Of a stretch of 64,000 nucleotides of DNA, positions 1 through 12,547 are shown piece by piece; within the stretch, counting starts at the first letter, position 1, and each line of letters starts with the position of its first letter. The translations under genes and the position numbers were made by a program. The DNA comes from Tubiluchus corallicola. Its lineage: Eukaryota > Animalia > Priapulida. Under the pieces are notes generated by a model, which searched no databases, was not told the origin of the DNA, and saw only the letters and a list, made by a program, of their open reading frames with translations. The stretch covers positions 27,227-91,226 of the forward strand of contig JAQGDQ010000825.1 of the NCBI GenBank assembly GCA_030141605.1, written 5' to 3'.

Positions 1-499
1 GGCAAGTTTAAACTGTACATTTAAATCCTATCTAAGCCTACGCTTCCAGAATTCGATGCCGGATTAATTTTTTTCTGGATTGCAGACAGTCACCGTTATC
101 AACACGCCATGGGCGAGTATTAACAATCCGGTGTTTTAAAAATGCAAGACGAATGAGTTCTGCCCCCGATGGATTATTCTACGAGAATAGTTTTAAAATA
201 GTGTATAAAACTAGAATCAGCATACAAATTGTAATTGTTACGTTTTATACTATTTGCAAGAGTCAAGTATAACCGACGGGTCAGATGCTAGTATCTAATG
301 TCAATAGAGTTCATTCGGTAACGTGAGCCACAACACTTTGCCAGACAACTCAAAACAGTTAAGAGTTATGTACACAATCAGTTAATTCCAAAGATTAAAC
401 GTATCACAGTACATGTACCGCTGAACTAACATTCATTCATTCATTCACGGTTGCCAAGAAATCGATCACATTTACACACGATCCTACTATAATCGTAGC

Positions 500-1035
500 A
501 CGCGAGGAAGTGCTGGACAATCCTCCATACGAAAGCACATTCAATACGGGTGTGACGTCAGCACGATAAATGACGTCACCGGAACACACCTATGGTCGCT
601 AATACTTGAAATTCGTTTAGATTAGGAGCGCTTCGCGAGTACGTCCTGCACGATGCTTCCTCAGCTTCTTCCAAGTTACGAATGGCGTTTTAGCTGAGCA
701 GAGATAGTGGATAAAACTCTTGCGACACTCAGGTGGGCGGATCACAAAGGTATCGGATTTTGTATGAAATCAGGTGGGCTGCTTAACAAAACGATGCGCC
801 TCCCACGCACGGGAAGGCAGGATTACTCATGACGCCGGTGCGCGCGCATGCGCAATGCGCGCAGGCAGGTTCACACGCGACGGTTTCAGGAGAGTGAATG
901 AATGAGATTCGTCTTAAGAGGAAGTGATTGTACGTAGGCTGTTTGACCTTTCAGGCTCACGATTAAAGTTATTAGTCGACCAGATTTTACACCTCCCACC
1001 CACTGCGTCCTCATTTATCGCGCCTAGTGGCAAAT
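500..1035. promoter_or_regulatory. CpG-rich candidate enhancer or alternative promoter inside the Egr intron
   Basis: Two perfect TGACGTCA (553-560, 571-578), ETS cores (AGGAAGTG ~505 and ~919, CCGGAA 579), an EGR-like CCTCCCACGCA at ~799-809 and an NRF1-like GCGCATGCGCA at ~844-854, all in otherwise AT-rich DNA. Confidence 0.5.
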
Positions 1036-1449
1036 GTCATGAAGCAATACTCATTTCAGACTCCTGCAGAAATGATAGCAAAAGATACAAAAGTAACACT
1101 CCTTTATTATCAAGTCTTAAAAGGTTCGTTAAAGTTATTAGTACTTAAAAAGGAGTAATTATTAAGCTCTCATTCGATGGAAAATGCCAGCGTGGGTTTT
1201 GAATATCCACCTGTAGTCTTAGAGAAGTCAGAAGTGTCATTTTAGGTTATAAAAAAGTCAAAACATCAGTAACGCTTTTACATAAACGGGCGTGTAGTTG
1301 CAGGCATTAAGTACTTCTATGTACAAGTACGTTAATACGTTAATAATATAATGTTAAATATACGTATAGCTAATACGATTGTTAATATAATTGTAACGTT
1401 AAAATTATATCCATAATATGTGTGTGTATATATATATATATATATATAC

Positions 1450-1975
1450 AATAATCTTGCCATTAAAATACATTGATAATCACTGATAAAAACTTTACAG
1501 AGATGATCAATCAGTGTTAGTTAATAAAAACTTACACTGCTAAAGGCAAATGCGTCAGTGCAATCTAAACTACTGTGCAGTAATGGAAAGTAACGACGAA
1601 TAAAATCAAACATATTTACAACTATGCACAAAAAATGAAAAAATTATGATTTAATTAATATGGCCGTGGATATATCAATTCTGAGTTAGTGTGTATGTTG
1701 TCGTACTGGTGTGATGGTATTTCATATCTGGTTAATATTAGTGATTTTAATTTTGTTTTAAATGCTGATATGGACTTGATTTGTTTAACCTGTAATGGTA
1801 GAGAATTCCAAAGTAGAATTGCTTGTTTGATTACAGAGTTCGTTCCATAGTGGGTATTTGTCCTAATTTGTTTTAGATTGCTTGTTCTGGAATTAACGAT
1901 AGGATTTGGAAAAAAGGTAAATCTGTTATTCTGGAATGGTTTGCTGATGTTGTTAAGGTATTTAAACATAAAAAA
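1450..1975 (-). mobile_element. CR1/L2-like LINE 3' fragment with 3' UTR
   Basis: IRTNTHYGTNSVIKQAILLWNSLPLQVKQIKSISAFKTKLK is a typical ORF2 C-terminus. The UTR is homologous to 17040-17380 and 4830-4985. Confidence 0.7.
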
Positions 1976-2269
1976 CAGAGTAAAATATTCTTAATAAAAT
2001 ACATTTGCCACTATTAAAATTGTTACGTAATCTGCCAAGTTGCTAACTAACCTAAAACTGATATTTAACACAATGACTATGAAGAACATTTGCATCTAGA
2101 GACCCAATTATGCATTTTAAAATAAATAATTAAGCATCATCCTGTAACGTTTCTGAACATTCAGTATTCAAGGAAGCAATGTAAATAAAACAGAACTAGG
2201 AAAAATTGTGTTCTAGCGGAAATTTACCAGGAAGGTTAATAGTACTACTTGTGGAGAAACTAACCAACA

Positions 2270-2430
2270 GGTTGCAACAATGCAGCTGCAAAGAATGACT
2301 CGTTCACGAGGAGGCTTACCCAAACCTAGGACTAATTAGGGCAAATCTATGGTACAATACAGTGGGGCTGTATTTTATAACAAACTAGATGAACATTTAA
2401 GGTTTAAATCATCTTTTAAGGCAGATAAAA
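2270..2430 (+). mobile_element. Degenerate LINE ORF2 C-terminal fragment
   Basis: TRSRGGLPKPRTN*GKSMVQYSGAVFYNKL resembles CR1/L2 ORF2 ends. Confidence 0.45.
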
Positions 2431-4049
2431 TTCATTCTTCTCCAAAAGATATTTTAAAATTTTTAAAAATATATTTAAAAATTACAGTAGTTTTTAGATA
2501 CTTAACATTAGTATTAATTTTTTTACTTATTTTCAGTCATTCGTAAAAATGTATGTTTAATTAAGTTTTAAAGTTGTTCTCCTGTATTTTATGCATCTGA
2601 AACGATTTTACTAATTAAATTTTAACGGTTAAACACAGATTTATTGAGTGGAATTTTAAAACTGATCTGTACTCTATGTCTTATTTTGCACTGTGTTTTA
2701 CGGTTTGTTTAACTTACTACTCGTGCCTAATTTTGTTTATTTTCTGTTTTTATAGGATTAATTTTGCAAAAAACTTTAACATGTTTAATTTACTACTTTT
2801 GTCTAACTTTTTCTTTCAGCCCGTATCTAATTTTACAAAGTATTTTATGATTTATCTGTTGTAGTACTTTACTTAGTTCTTAGTTTTAAGGTATTCTGTT
2901 CAATTTCGTATATATTAATTATTACTAACATGCCATAAAACACAACATGTGCTCCGTGTAAAAATAAACATCGATTCTATTCTTTGTCCACTAGTGATCA
3001 GGCAGTGTAAAATGATAATAAAGAGACCCACGAGCCACTGCTTCCTTTCAGGTGTCATTAATGCATCATACTGAGTGCGTTTGTGGCACGTGTATTGGGT
3101 AGTAATATGCACAGCTGTTCATTGCAGAGAAACTAGAAAATTTCTGTGACGAGAGGAGGTCGTCACAATGTGCAGAATTCACATTTTGCAAATTTATTCT
3201 CATAGAAATGTTCTTTTCACAATGATATTAGGTATCATCATCATCACCATCACCATCATCATCATCGCCATACGCCCGTCACGTCTACATTGGGCAGGCA
3301 GAATTCTAAAATAAAAGAAATCTGCCTTCAGACAGGTAAACCCAGCAGTAATCCAGCAAAAAAAACTAGACACTGCTACGCGAGTGGCTTGTCAGCACCA
3401 CTTCCGTTCAAGGTATTACAACACTGGTATTATATTAGGTAGCACAACACAGACTCGCTTAGTAGTGTCAAAAGCAAGACTTTTCTAGGTGTCAGATGCT
3501 TTAATTATTGGGTAGCTACTCAAGCATGTGTTACCGTAAGTTCGTGCCCACTCATGTTACGTGATATTAGCAAATGAGAAAAACAGCAACAGTAGATATG
3601 ATAGTTGCGCAATAAGCCGAATGATGATGTCACACAAAAGCTTCTATTTCACTTTGATCGCGTGTAAACATACGAGACGTCTCACGCCCACCCTTCATTG
3701 ACAAGAAAGGAGTAAACAAAACCGCTATTTTGACAGGTAAACTTAATCGTCAAAAATGACGAAGTTGATGTCTTGGTGACATGATCAGGGCCTATTTCGG
3801 GGGGGGGGAGTGGGGATATTTGCCCGGGGCCTCACCCTCCAGGGGGGCCTTGCGCTGAGGTAACATTTTTTTGCTTTATGCGAACATACTGCCTCCTCTC
3901 TCCCTCCTAACAACTGTATAACTCCATATTTTCTCTTCGAAAATGCTTCTCAGGCGTTCTAGCAGTTCAAAAATTTTCTGGGCGCCAACCATGGTGGCGA
4001 CGCCGCCCCCCCCCCTTACGTCACCTACGCAAGCGTACATTAGGGGAAG

Positions 4050-4500
4050 AAAATGAAATGTTAAATTACGTCTCAAAAAACGTTCTGTGAAAAGTTATAT
4101 TACTTAGTATTTCTCTTACCTGCTGGAAAAACTTATGTCAGTAGAAATAATAATTCAAAATGTTTTCACCAATTATTAAAATGTCACTGACTCACACTCC
4201 ATGATGCGCCATTGACTAACCTAAAACGTACTTTTAATCTTATTGACAAGACACAGTAATTTAAGATTTTACTGAGTTAGTAACATGTGTGCTACGAATG
4301 CACTGATTATTTTTTAAATCTTCACGCAGTGTTATCTAAATGTTGTACCAAACGACCTACCATTATAATGACTGCACCTAACGGTCATCGCGGGAATTTA
4401 AATTTACTGCCGACGCAAGCCCTATGTGCAAAAGGAAAGTATGTAAGTGGCATATTTCAAGGCGAATTTGTTAAGCTTTATGTAAGTGGAGGGTTTTCCT
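4050..4500 (+). mobile_element. Dispersed repeat family A (non-autonomous DNA element fragment)
   Basis: Inverted homology to 29290-29750; further pieces at ~30710-30910 and ~44330-44480. Confidence 0.6.
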
Positions 4501-5507
4501 GTGCTAACTGCAAACTTTACAAAACACTGACAGTACAGTAGCAAAAACTTACGGCCCCCATAGTGGAAGCGTTGGAGCAAACCGATTACTTGAAAGCCTC
4601 TTTCTATGCTAGTCGACTCTATTACACACTATCACTTATTGATTTCTGTTAACCGTGAAACTTTGCAATCTCATATGCTTACGTAATGTAAAGCATGTTT
4701 CTGTTAATTGTGTCACGTCAAATGTATATATAGAGTAAAATATGTCATGTAAAATTTAATGTACTTTTGTAATATTGTTCTGTAAAAATATTTTAATATG
4801 GTGTTTGTAAATGTGTTCATTTATTGTATATAATTAGACCTTGGTTTTGCACTTTAGTTTTCCTTAGTCAGCACTGGACGCATTTGTCTTGAACAGTGTT
4901 GTTATCTTAACATTACGCTGAGGCTTACTCAATTTTATTATAATGAGTGAACCATTTTAATGACGAACAAAGAATTAATAATAATAAATCTGTATTTTAA
5001 CACAACTACACCTGGAAAAAGCCGTACTAATTTCATTTGCATTATGCAGCTGTACAGAGCTCTTCTTAACCTTATCAGAGGGCACGGATAAAGCGTAATT
5101 CCTTTTCACGTTTTGTCAAAAGGATTGAAAATGTTACATCTTCTAGTCAATTTCATACACGACTGATTTTGAGCAAGGGAGACGCCTCGAGAAGGTATGC
5201 AGCAGCACTATTTGGCACAGGTGTGTGTACAAGTGGCTCAGTGCTCCCGCGCATGCGCATTACGGCTGTCAAATAGATGTTTTCTATTTGATTTTACAAG
5301 TTGCTGTGGATATGCAGTAAAACTCCTTGCTGATTCGTTTTTTTCGATGATTTGTGAAAAGCAGCATCTGAATTAATTTCCCCTAAGATCACAAAAATTA
5401 ATTTTCACAGACATTTCTTGTGAATGATCACGTTAACGTTTTGTGTGCCTGTTTCAAACTTAATTATTCTAGTAAACTAATTAAATTAGACCTTTAAATC
5501 GAGTTTG

Positions 5508-5835
5508 TACTCAGTAGTGAGTACTAACTGATACTCAGTAGTGAGTACCAACTGATACTCAGTAGCGAGTACTAACTGATACTCAGTAGTGAGTACTAAC
5601 TGATACTCATTAGCGAGTACTAACTGATACTCAGTAGCGAGTACTAACTGATACTCAGTAGCGAGTACCAACTGATACTCAGTAGTGAGTACTAACTGAT
5701 ACTCAGTAGTGAGTACTAACTGATACTCAGTAGCGAGTATAACTGATACTCAGTAGCGAGTACTAACTGATACTCAGTAGCGAGTACCAACTGATACTCA
5801 GTAGCGAGTACTAACTGATACTCAGTAGTGAGTAG
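5508..5835. repeat. 24-bp minisatellite, ~14 copies, with an internal palindrome
   Basis: Unit tactcagtagtgagtactaactga. Confidence 0.95.
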
Positions 5836-5848
5836 TAATATCAAGGTT

Positions 5849-6828
5849 TTAAAGGACAAGTCAAGCCTTTTAGGAGGTTACATTTATTTCAATGTTCGCG
5901 AAAAATGTTAGAAAGATTTACTGATAAGACTGCAAACAGCGCCTCGTGTAATTAGCAAAATCACTTTAAAGTCGCGATCACTTCATACTTGAGTGCTCCT
6001 ATTTTCAATGCCAATTCTTCTTTCAATGACGTCATACATCTTGAAGAAAAATAGCACACTATCAGTCTTCGCCAAAAGTTTTTACAAAAAAATAGATAAC
6101 TAATTTTGTAATATTTTACATGAACATTAGGTAAGCTACACGAGTTTGAATTTCAAGTGAATGGCGGCAACCACCACGCCTACAAATTTCTATTCAGAGG
6201 GTCTACATCTTAAATTTATGCTTTATAGGCAGTTTTTTGCAAATTTCTTGGTTCTATTTTTCAAAGTTTAAGCGATAACAGTAAAATAAACCCAACATAC
6301 TGAGTGACTTGTTCTTTCTTTTAGCACACCACAAACAGTTTAAGTGATAACAGTAAAATAAACCCAACATACTGAGTGACTTGTTCTTTCCTTTAGCAAA
6401 CCACAAACAGTTTAAGTGATAACAGTAAAATAAACCCAACATACTGAGTGACTTGTTCTTTCCTTTAGCACACCACAATCAGTTTAAGTGATAACAGTAA
6501 AATAAACCCAACATACTGAGTGACTTGTTCTTTCCTTTAGCACACCACAAACAGTTTAAGTGATAACAGTAAAATAAACCCAACATACTGAGTGACTTGT
6601 TCTTTCCTTTAGCACACCACAAACAGTTTAAGTGATAACAGTAAAATAAACCCAACATACTGAGTGACTTGTTCTTTCCTTTAGCACACCACAAGCAGTT
6701 TAAGTGATAACAGTAAAATAAACCCAACATACTGAGTGACTTGTTCTTTCCTTTAGCACACCACAAACAGTTTAAGTGATAACAGTAAAATAAACCCAAC
6801 ATACTGAGTGACTTGTTCTTTTCTTTAA
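5849..6828 (+). mobile_element. Non-autonomous TTAA-flanked (Kolobok-like) DNA element with an internal 72-bp tandem array (~6270-6825)
   Basis: Starts TTAAAGGACAAGTCA and ends TGACTTGTTCTTTTCTTTAA. The whole element is homologous, inverted, to 40540-41645. A partial relative lies at ~31757-32390. Confidence 0.7.
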
Positions 6829-7239
6829 TAACGATAGGCTAATGAGGCAGCGAGGGATTTTGTGCAGGGCTATAGATGAACTGAACGATGAACTTCAGTT
6901 GCTAGGCAATAGTCCAGCGAAACGACACACCAACTGAAGCCTTTCTTACCTATTCTTGGTGTCCCCTAGAGAATGCGATGTCGAGACAGTGCCATTGATT
7001 ATTCTACTCATGCACTCGCTGACAAAAATAGACATTATATCTCCACACTACTACGTTCATTAGGGTCAATGTCACATTCCAAACTTTTATGTTGCACTGA
7101 GCAGGTTTTCGTACAAATTTACAGCCTCCAGGGATCGGTTTCCTAGTTACATTTTTACGAACAATATCTTCGACTGCTGTTGGCACGTTATTCCTACGTA
7201 GACATGTTGAACAGGACTGAAATCTTTAGTTTAAACATA

Positions 7240-7965
7240 ATTTATTATAGGATTGGATGAGACAGTTTAAAAAACATGATTTAGGATCCACAACAGACTA
7301 TATACACTATTTACAAAAACATTTACAGTAAGAATAGACTATAACTACACAAGCTGACAAGTTTTACTACAAGATTACATTAGACATTAGTAACATTTAC
7401 AGTAAGAACTGACTATAACTACACAAGCTGACAAGTTTTAGCACAAGATTACATTAGACATTAGTAACATTTACAGTAAGAATAGACTATAACTACACAA
7501 GCTGACAAGTTTTACTACAAGATTACATTAGACATTAGTAACATTTACAGTAAGAATAGACTATGACTACACAAGCTAACAAGTTTTACTACAAGATTAC
7601 ATTAGACATTAGTAGAAAATGACGGTTAGAAAGTATTAATGTACGAATATTTAAGACTGATGCATTTCATATCAGATAGAAACTACTGGAAGCGTTTAGT
7701 ACGTAATATAAAGTCATGTATACATTGGAATATTTTACAGTTAGCAACATAGTTAAATTCATCTTTTCCGAATAATAACAACTTCAACAGATCATTAGTT
7801 CCTAAGGCAGCTATATTAAGGTTTTCGGGCAGAAGTATTTCATTTAATTTATCAAACATAACAACTCTAGTTTGTTGATACAGTGGGCAGTGCAACAAAA
7901 AGTGTTCAACAGACTCAAATCGAAATCCACAATTACAATTCGGCAATACCAAATGCCTGGTATCA
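7240..7965 (-). mobile_element. LINE 3' fragment with a CCHC-like C-terminus; its 3' UTR holds a tandem array
   Basis: CNCGFRFESVEHFLLHCPLY...LLFG...IHDFILRTKRF, followed by AATAAA on the - strand at ~7240. Confidence 0.7.
7318..7613. repeat. 74-bp tandem repeat, 4 copies
   Basis: Unit aacatttacagtaagaatagactataactacacaagctgacaagttttactacaagattacattagacattagt. Confidence 0.9.
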
Positions 7966-8277
7966 TTATATGTTATGTTATTATTATGTTATGATTATAA
8001 TTGTTGCATAAATATTTAACTGTTAATGTCTTAAACGTTGTCAAACTTTAATAGGATTGCTAAATCGTTCCAATTCTCATTTCATGGTTCCACATTAGTT
8101 TTTTCCTGATAGCACGATAGTATGCCACGTGGTTTGGTTACTACTTTTCAGCCCGTTAGAGCAAAATAATTTCTTAGCCTAAAAACTAGTAAAAGTCATT
8201 TTAAAATTTAAAGTGTACTTCACACTAAGATTAATACACTTCGAAAACTTGAAATCTATATTGCAATTTGATGTGAG

Positions 8278-8279
8278 TA

Positions 8280-8360
<81 letters not shown>

Positions 8361-8550
8361 TATTATTATTGTTATCATTATTATTATCATCATCATCATC
8401 ATCATTATTATTGTTATCATTATTATTATCATTATTATTATCATTATTATTATTGTTATCATTATTATTATCACTATCACTACCACTACCACTACCACTA
8501 CCACTACCACTACTACTATTATTATGATCATCATCATCATCATCATCATT
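8278..8550. repeat. Compound trinucleotide microsatellite (TTA/TCA/CAC/TAC)
   Basis: Seen directly; accounts for the poly-L and poly-I ORFs. Confidence 0.95.
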
Positions 8551-8800
8551 ATCTGTCTACGTATGCAACAGTTGTTATGTAGCATAATTATAATAAATAT
8601 GTTATGTTAACCTTTCTGTTTTCTGTTATGGCAATACAGGTACAGTATCACAGAATGCTTGAGCACACCTGTTATGGACACATACATGTCATCACTTCAA
8701 ATTGTGCCGTACAAGAACCTACGTAGTTGGGCCTACTTGCAGTGCTCATTTCGCCGAGTATTAACTTAAGGCGATTAACTTATTAAAACCGCCTTATGTA

Positions 8801-9887
8801 AAGAATTACATGTTTGTATGTAATATACACGTCATATACGATGCATATCGTCCGATAAACCTGCAATATTTCATGTGATTTTTGCGTAGTTTGGCACACT
8901 GCAAACCGTGCAAAATCCAGTGAAAGTGTGAGTCTAAATCACTGCGCTCATGGTTATGTCAGGACCGGACACTTTTCGTTATCAAGAATAATTTCCTAAG
9001 ATAAGATGGTGAACTGGCTGAGGTACTACAGGCAGGTTTAGATGCAAATAACATCCTCCCTAATCCCTCCATGAGAAGAGTGATCGGAGAGGGCCATTAC
9101 GAGAGCTAAAACTGTCCCAGAGAGGTTTTCGCTGCGTCAACTCATTCGCTTACTAACCAGGTTCCGCGCTGCTTCACTGCCAAACATATACTGTTACCAC
9201 TCAGCCTGTCACTCGGGTGTTTTCTTCGCGCCAATAGAAATGTGCGTTACGGTCGCCAACACATGTACCAACTAATTTTAATGCTGCTTAACTTCACTTC
9301 GGTTGTTTTAAATGTTTTTTGATACCGGCGTCGGAAGATGTGAGTCTACTTAGTTACTCATTAAAAATGACATAATTATATTATAAGAAAGCAGCACTGC
9401 CAACACATTGAACATCTGTCACACTCGTGGTAACATATTGCGACTACTGTCAGCTATCATATTGATATATCATATTATATTATATCATATTATCAGCTAG
9501 TACGTAATGTTATTCTATTATATCCTGTAATTGGAATTGGTTAGTAACGAATGAGTGACGCAGCGCGGAACCTGGTTAGTAAGCGAATGAGTGACGCAGC
9601 GAAAACCTCTCTGGGACAGTTTTAGCTCTCGTAATGGCCCTCCTCGATCACTCTTCTCATGGAGGGATTAGGGAGGATGTTATTTGCATCTAAACCCGCC
9701 TGTAGTACCTCAGCCAGTTCACCATCTTACCTTGGCAAATTACTCTTGATACTGGATTAAAATTTCACTGGATTTTGCACGGTTTGCAGTGTGCCAAACT
9801 ACACAAAAATCACACGAAATATTACGGATTTATCGGACGATATGCATCGCATATGACGTGTATATTACATACAAACATGTAATTCTT
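8801..9887. mobile_element. Foldback/MITE element with ~320-370-bp terminal inverted repeats
   Basis: 8801-8925 pairs with 9763-9887, and 8980-9172 pairs with 9560-9751, with few mismatches. Confidence 0.85.
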
Positions 9888-10371
9888 AATCTAATTTTAA
9901 CAATTAGGAAATAAGTTAACGAAAGTTTTAATTAGTTGGCTGCAAGTTACTGTAGTTAAACGAATCAAGAAATCAGACAAAAGTCTGACTAAAAAACTCA
10001 AAATTGCTTTATAAAGATTTCTCTCTCAACGCAGTAAATATTTATTCGTCTGACGACGCCAATTAGAAATTCAAGCTCATTTGTATTGAAGAGAAATTGT
10101 AAACATATTAAAACATGAGAAACTCATTAGTGTCAGAAGTAATGTTGTGCATTGCCTAAGCAACCTGGGAATTTTACAAAAGATTTCTTAGGGAAAATTC
10201 TAGTTGTGTTCAATATTTTATTAAGAACTAAAGAAAAGTTTTAGATAATAGACATGTAGATTTGTGCGTCGACTGGTGAGCGTACCTTAATCACGTTAAT
10301 GTCTTATGTAGATCACAGTCGAGAGCATCTGACTAGAGAATTGTTTGTGAGTTCCCAAATATTGCTTAACC

Positions 10372-10723
10372 CAGTGGTTCCCAAACTTTCTCGGACCGTT
10401 ACCCAAATCGGGAAACCCGGTCGTGTCCATTACCCCCCACCTAGTACTTCTCCAACTCAAAAAGTAAACACACGTATATGCCACAAGCAAGCAAAATTAT
10501 TTATGTTTGCTCGTGACATAGAGAAATTTCCAGGTGTTGTTGTTGTATTGTTGCCAAAACAAGAATTACAATTACTCTTCAAGTCTCTTCAAGAAGAAAA
10601 CTACGTAAAATGCATTCCGAGCGAAGTTTTAAAAATTTTCAGAGGGGTGCCCGTTACCCCCCCCCCCCCAAAAAAAACATATTACCCCCGGGTGGTAATT
10701 TACCCCTACTTTGGGAACCACTG
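10372..10723. mobile_element. hAT (Charlie-like) MITE
   Basis: TIR CAGTGGTTCCCAAA...TTTGGGAACCACTG with a perfect 8-bp TSD, GCTTAACC. Confidence 0.92.
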
Positions 10724-11446
10724 GCTTAACCTCACGTGGTTACATTATGATAACAGTTTCAAGTAGGTTGAGTCAAATAATAAGCACGAAAACGATATTA
10801 AATTAGAAAGTCAGAAAAAGCTCAATTTGCACCTCACTGACTGAGACTCGAACCCAGGCCTGCTGTAGTTTTAACGAACATCGAGCACACCTACACACAT
10901 TGCCTTACGTTACAGCTGGTCCCAGACATTATTTGTATTTTAAATAAGTTCAACTTCGTGTTCACTTTTCAGCTAGAGTCAAACTATTAATTAAATAAAA
11001 CACGTGTATTATAAACTAACACATCCCAAGCTATATACTGCTCAAAGATAGTTTGTAATACATGCTAGACTAGTACTGCTCAAAGTGCTAGTTTGTCTCA
11101 CCATCTGTTTACCGACTATATGTGTAAGCCGCATTATATGCCAAGGGAAACACCGGAAATGCAGTATCAGTTTATGCTTCCCAAGAGTCCTGGGAGTCCT
11201 GGACTCTGGCATAGTTTCGATAACTATTGAGAAGCTGAGAACACTGAAATGAATTATCAAATAAGACATAGGGCTACGCAATGCAATGCTAGCAGAGGTT
11301 CATTAACAGTGTGTAGTAGAGGTGTATTTGTGTTATATTATTAGTTGTATAGCTGCCCTCTCTGTCTCGCTCTCATGTCACTTATAATGGCAGACCACTC
11401 ACTCAAAACCCTGCTACTCGTTGTGAAATGTTTTATCCTGAGTCAC

Positions 11447-11510
11447 ACACGCACGCACGCACACACACGCACACGCACGCACACGCACACACACACACAC
11501 ACACACACAC
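11447..11510. repeat. (CA)/(CACG) microsatellite
   Basis: Seen directly. Confidence 0.9.
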
Positions 11511-12082
11511 TTTTAAGGTAACAACATTAATTTTTTTTAATTTGAAAAACGTTGGCAACTTTTTTATTAGGTAGAAGTTTGGACTAGTAACATCAGTGAA
11601 AAATTCCATGCTAAATTACAGGGATAATTTTGCTAATACTTCACTGTTTGTAAAAAACAACATTAAACATGGAATTTTTCACTGATGTTACTAGTCCAAA
11701 CTTCTACCTAATAAAAAAGTTTTAAGGGAAAACTGAAAAGGTTTTAGGAAAATCGCCTTAAAAATTGTATTACTTTACAGAAATTTGATGCATATATCGT
11801 ACTCGCGTTGAATGGAATTTTTGTTTGTAAAGAATATCATTTAGTATTTCGTGTCCAAAGCTTGTGACTGCTCAAGAAATGGGCTTTGCTTGTAAAAAAC
11901 AACATTAAAAATTGAAGCAAAGGCCATTTCTTGAGCAGTCACAAGCTTTGGACACGAAATACTAAATGATATTCTTTAGAGAATGATCAATAGCCACATC
12001 GAACCACAGTCGCGTGACTCAAGTCTTCGCTAGCACTTGGTGAGTGCTTGGTAATATGTCTGGTAATGGTCTGATCTAAGAC

Positions 12083-12547
12083 CAGGGTGCATAAGATTAT
12101 GGATATGTATAAAATAAATAAAATAGCTTATTTTATGGATTTTTGAAATTTTGTTTTATGGATATCAATAAAATAAGAAATAGACTATATCTGGAATGAG
12201 ATGCGCAGGGGGAAATCAATTAAAAAGGAAAAACAGGAGTACTTGAAACGTGTTTTTAAACACGCAGAACTTTATATCACTTCAAATTTAATCAAATTTT
12301 ACGAGACAATGGCTGGGTAAAACAGCAAATCCGGAAATGCGCTTTTGTTGGTTTGTTTTCTTTCTCTTTCTCTCCTTCTAACGTTCGTTTTCAGTGTTGC
12401 CAATGCTTACATCTCGTTACTTTGTACAAAAAATCACAAAAAAAATATTTTTTTATTTTATGCATTTCTTATTTTATGGATTTTTCAAATTTTATTTTAT
12501 GGATTTTTGGTCTCATTTTATGGATATCCATAATCTTATGCAGCCTG
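12083..12547. mobile_element. hAT MITE
   Basis: TIR CAGGGTGCATAAGATTATGGATAT...ATATCCATAATCTTATGCAGCCTG with a perfect 8-bp TSD, TCTAAGAC. Confidence 0.92.

Noticed and set aside
5508-7613. CRISPR-like appearance of the regular repeats here and at 34-35.7, 45, 49.6 and 60.5 kb
   Set aside because: Units are contiguous with no unique spacers, there are no cas genes, and the context is eukaryotic.
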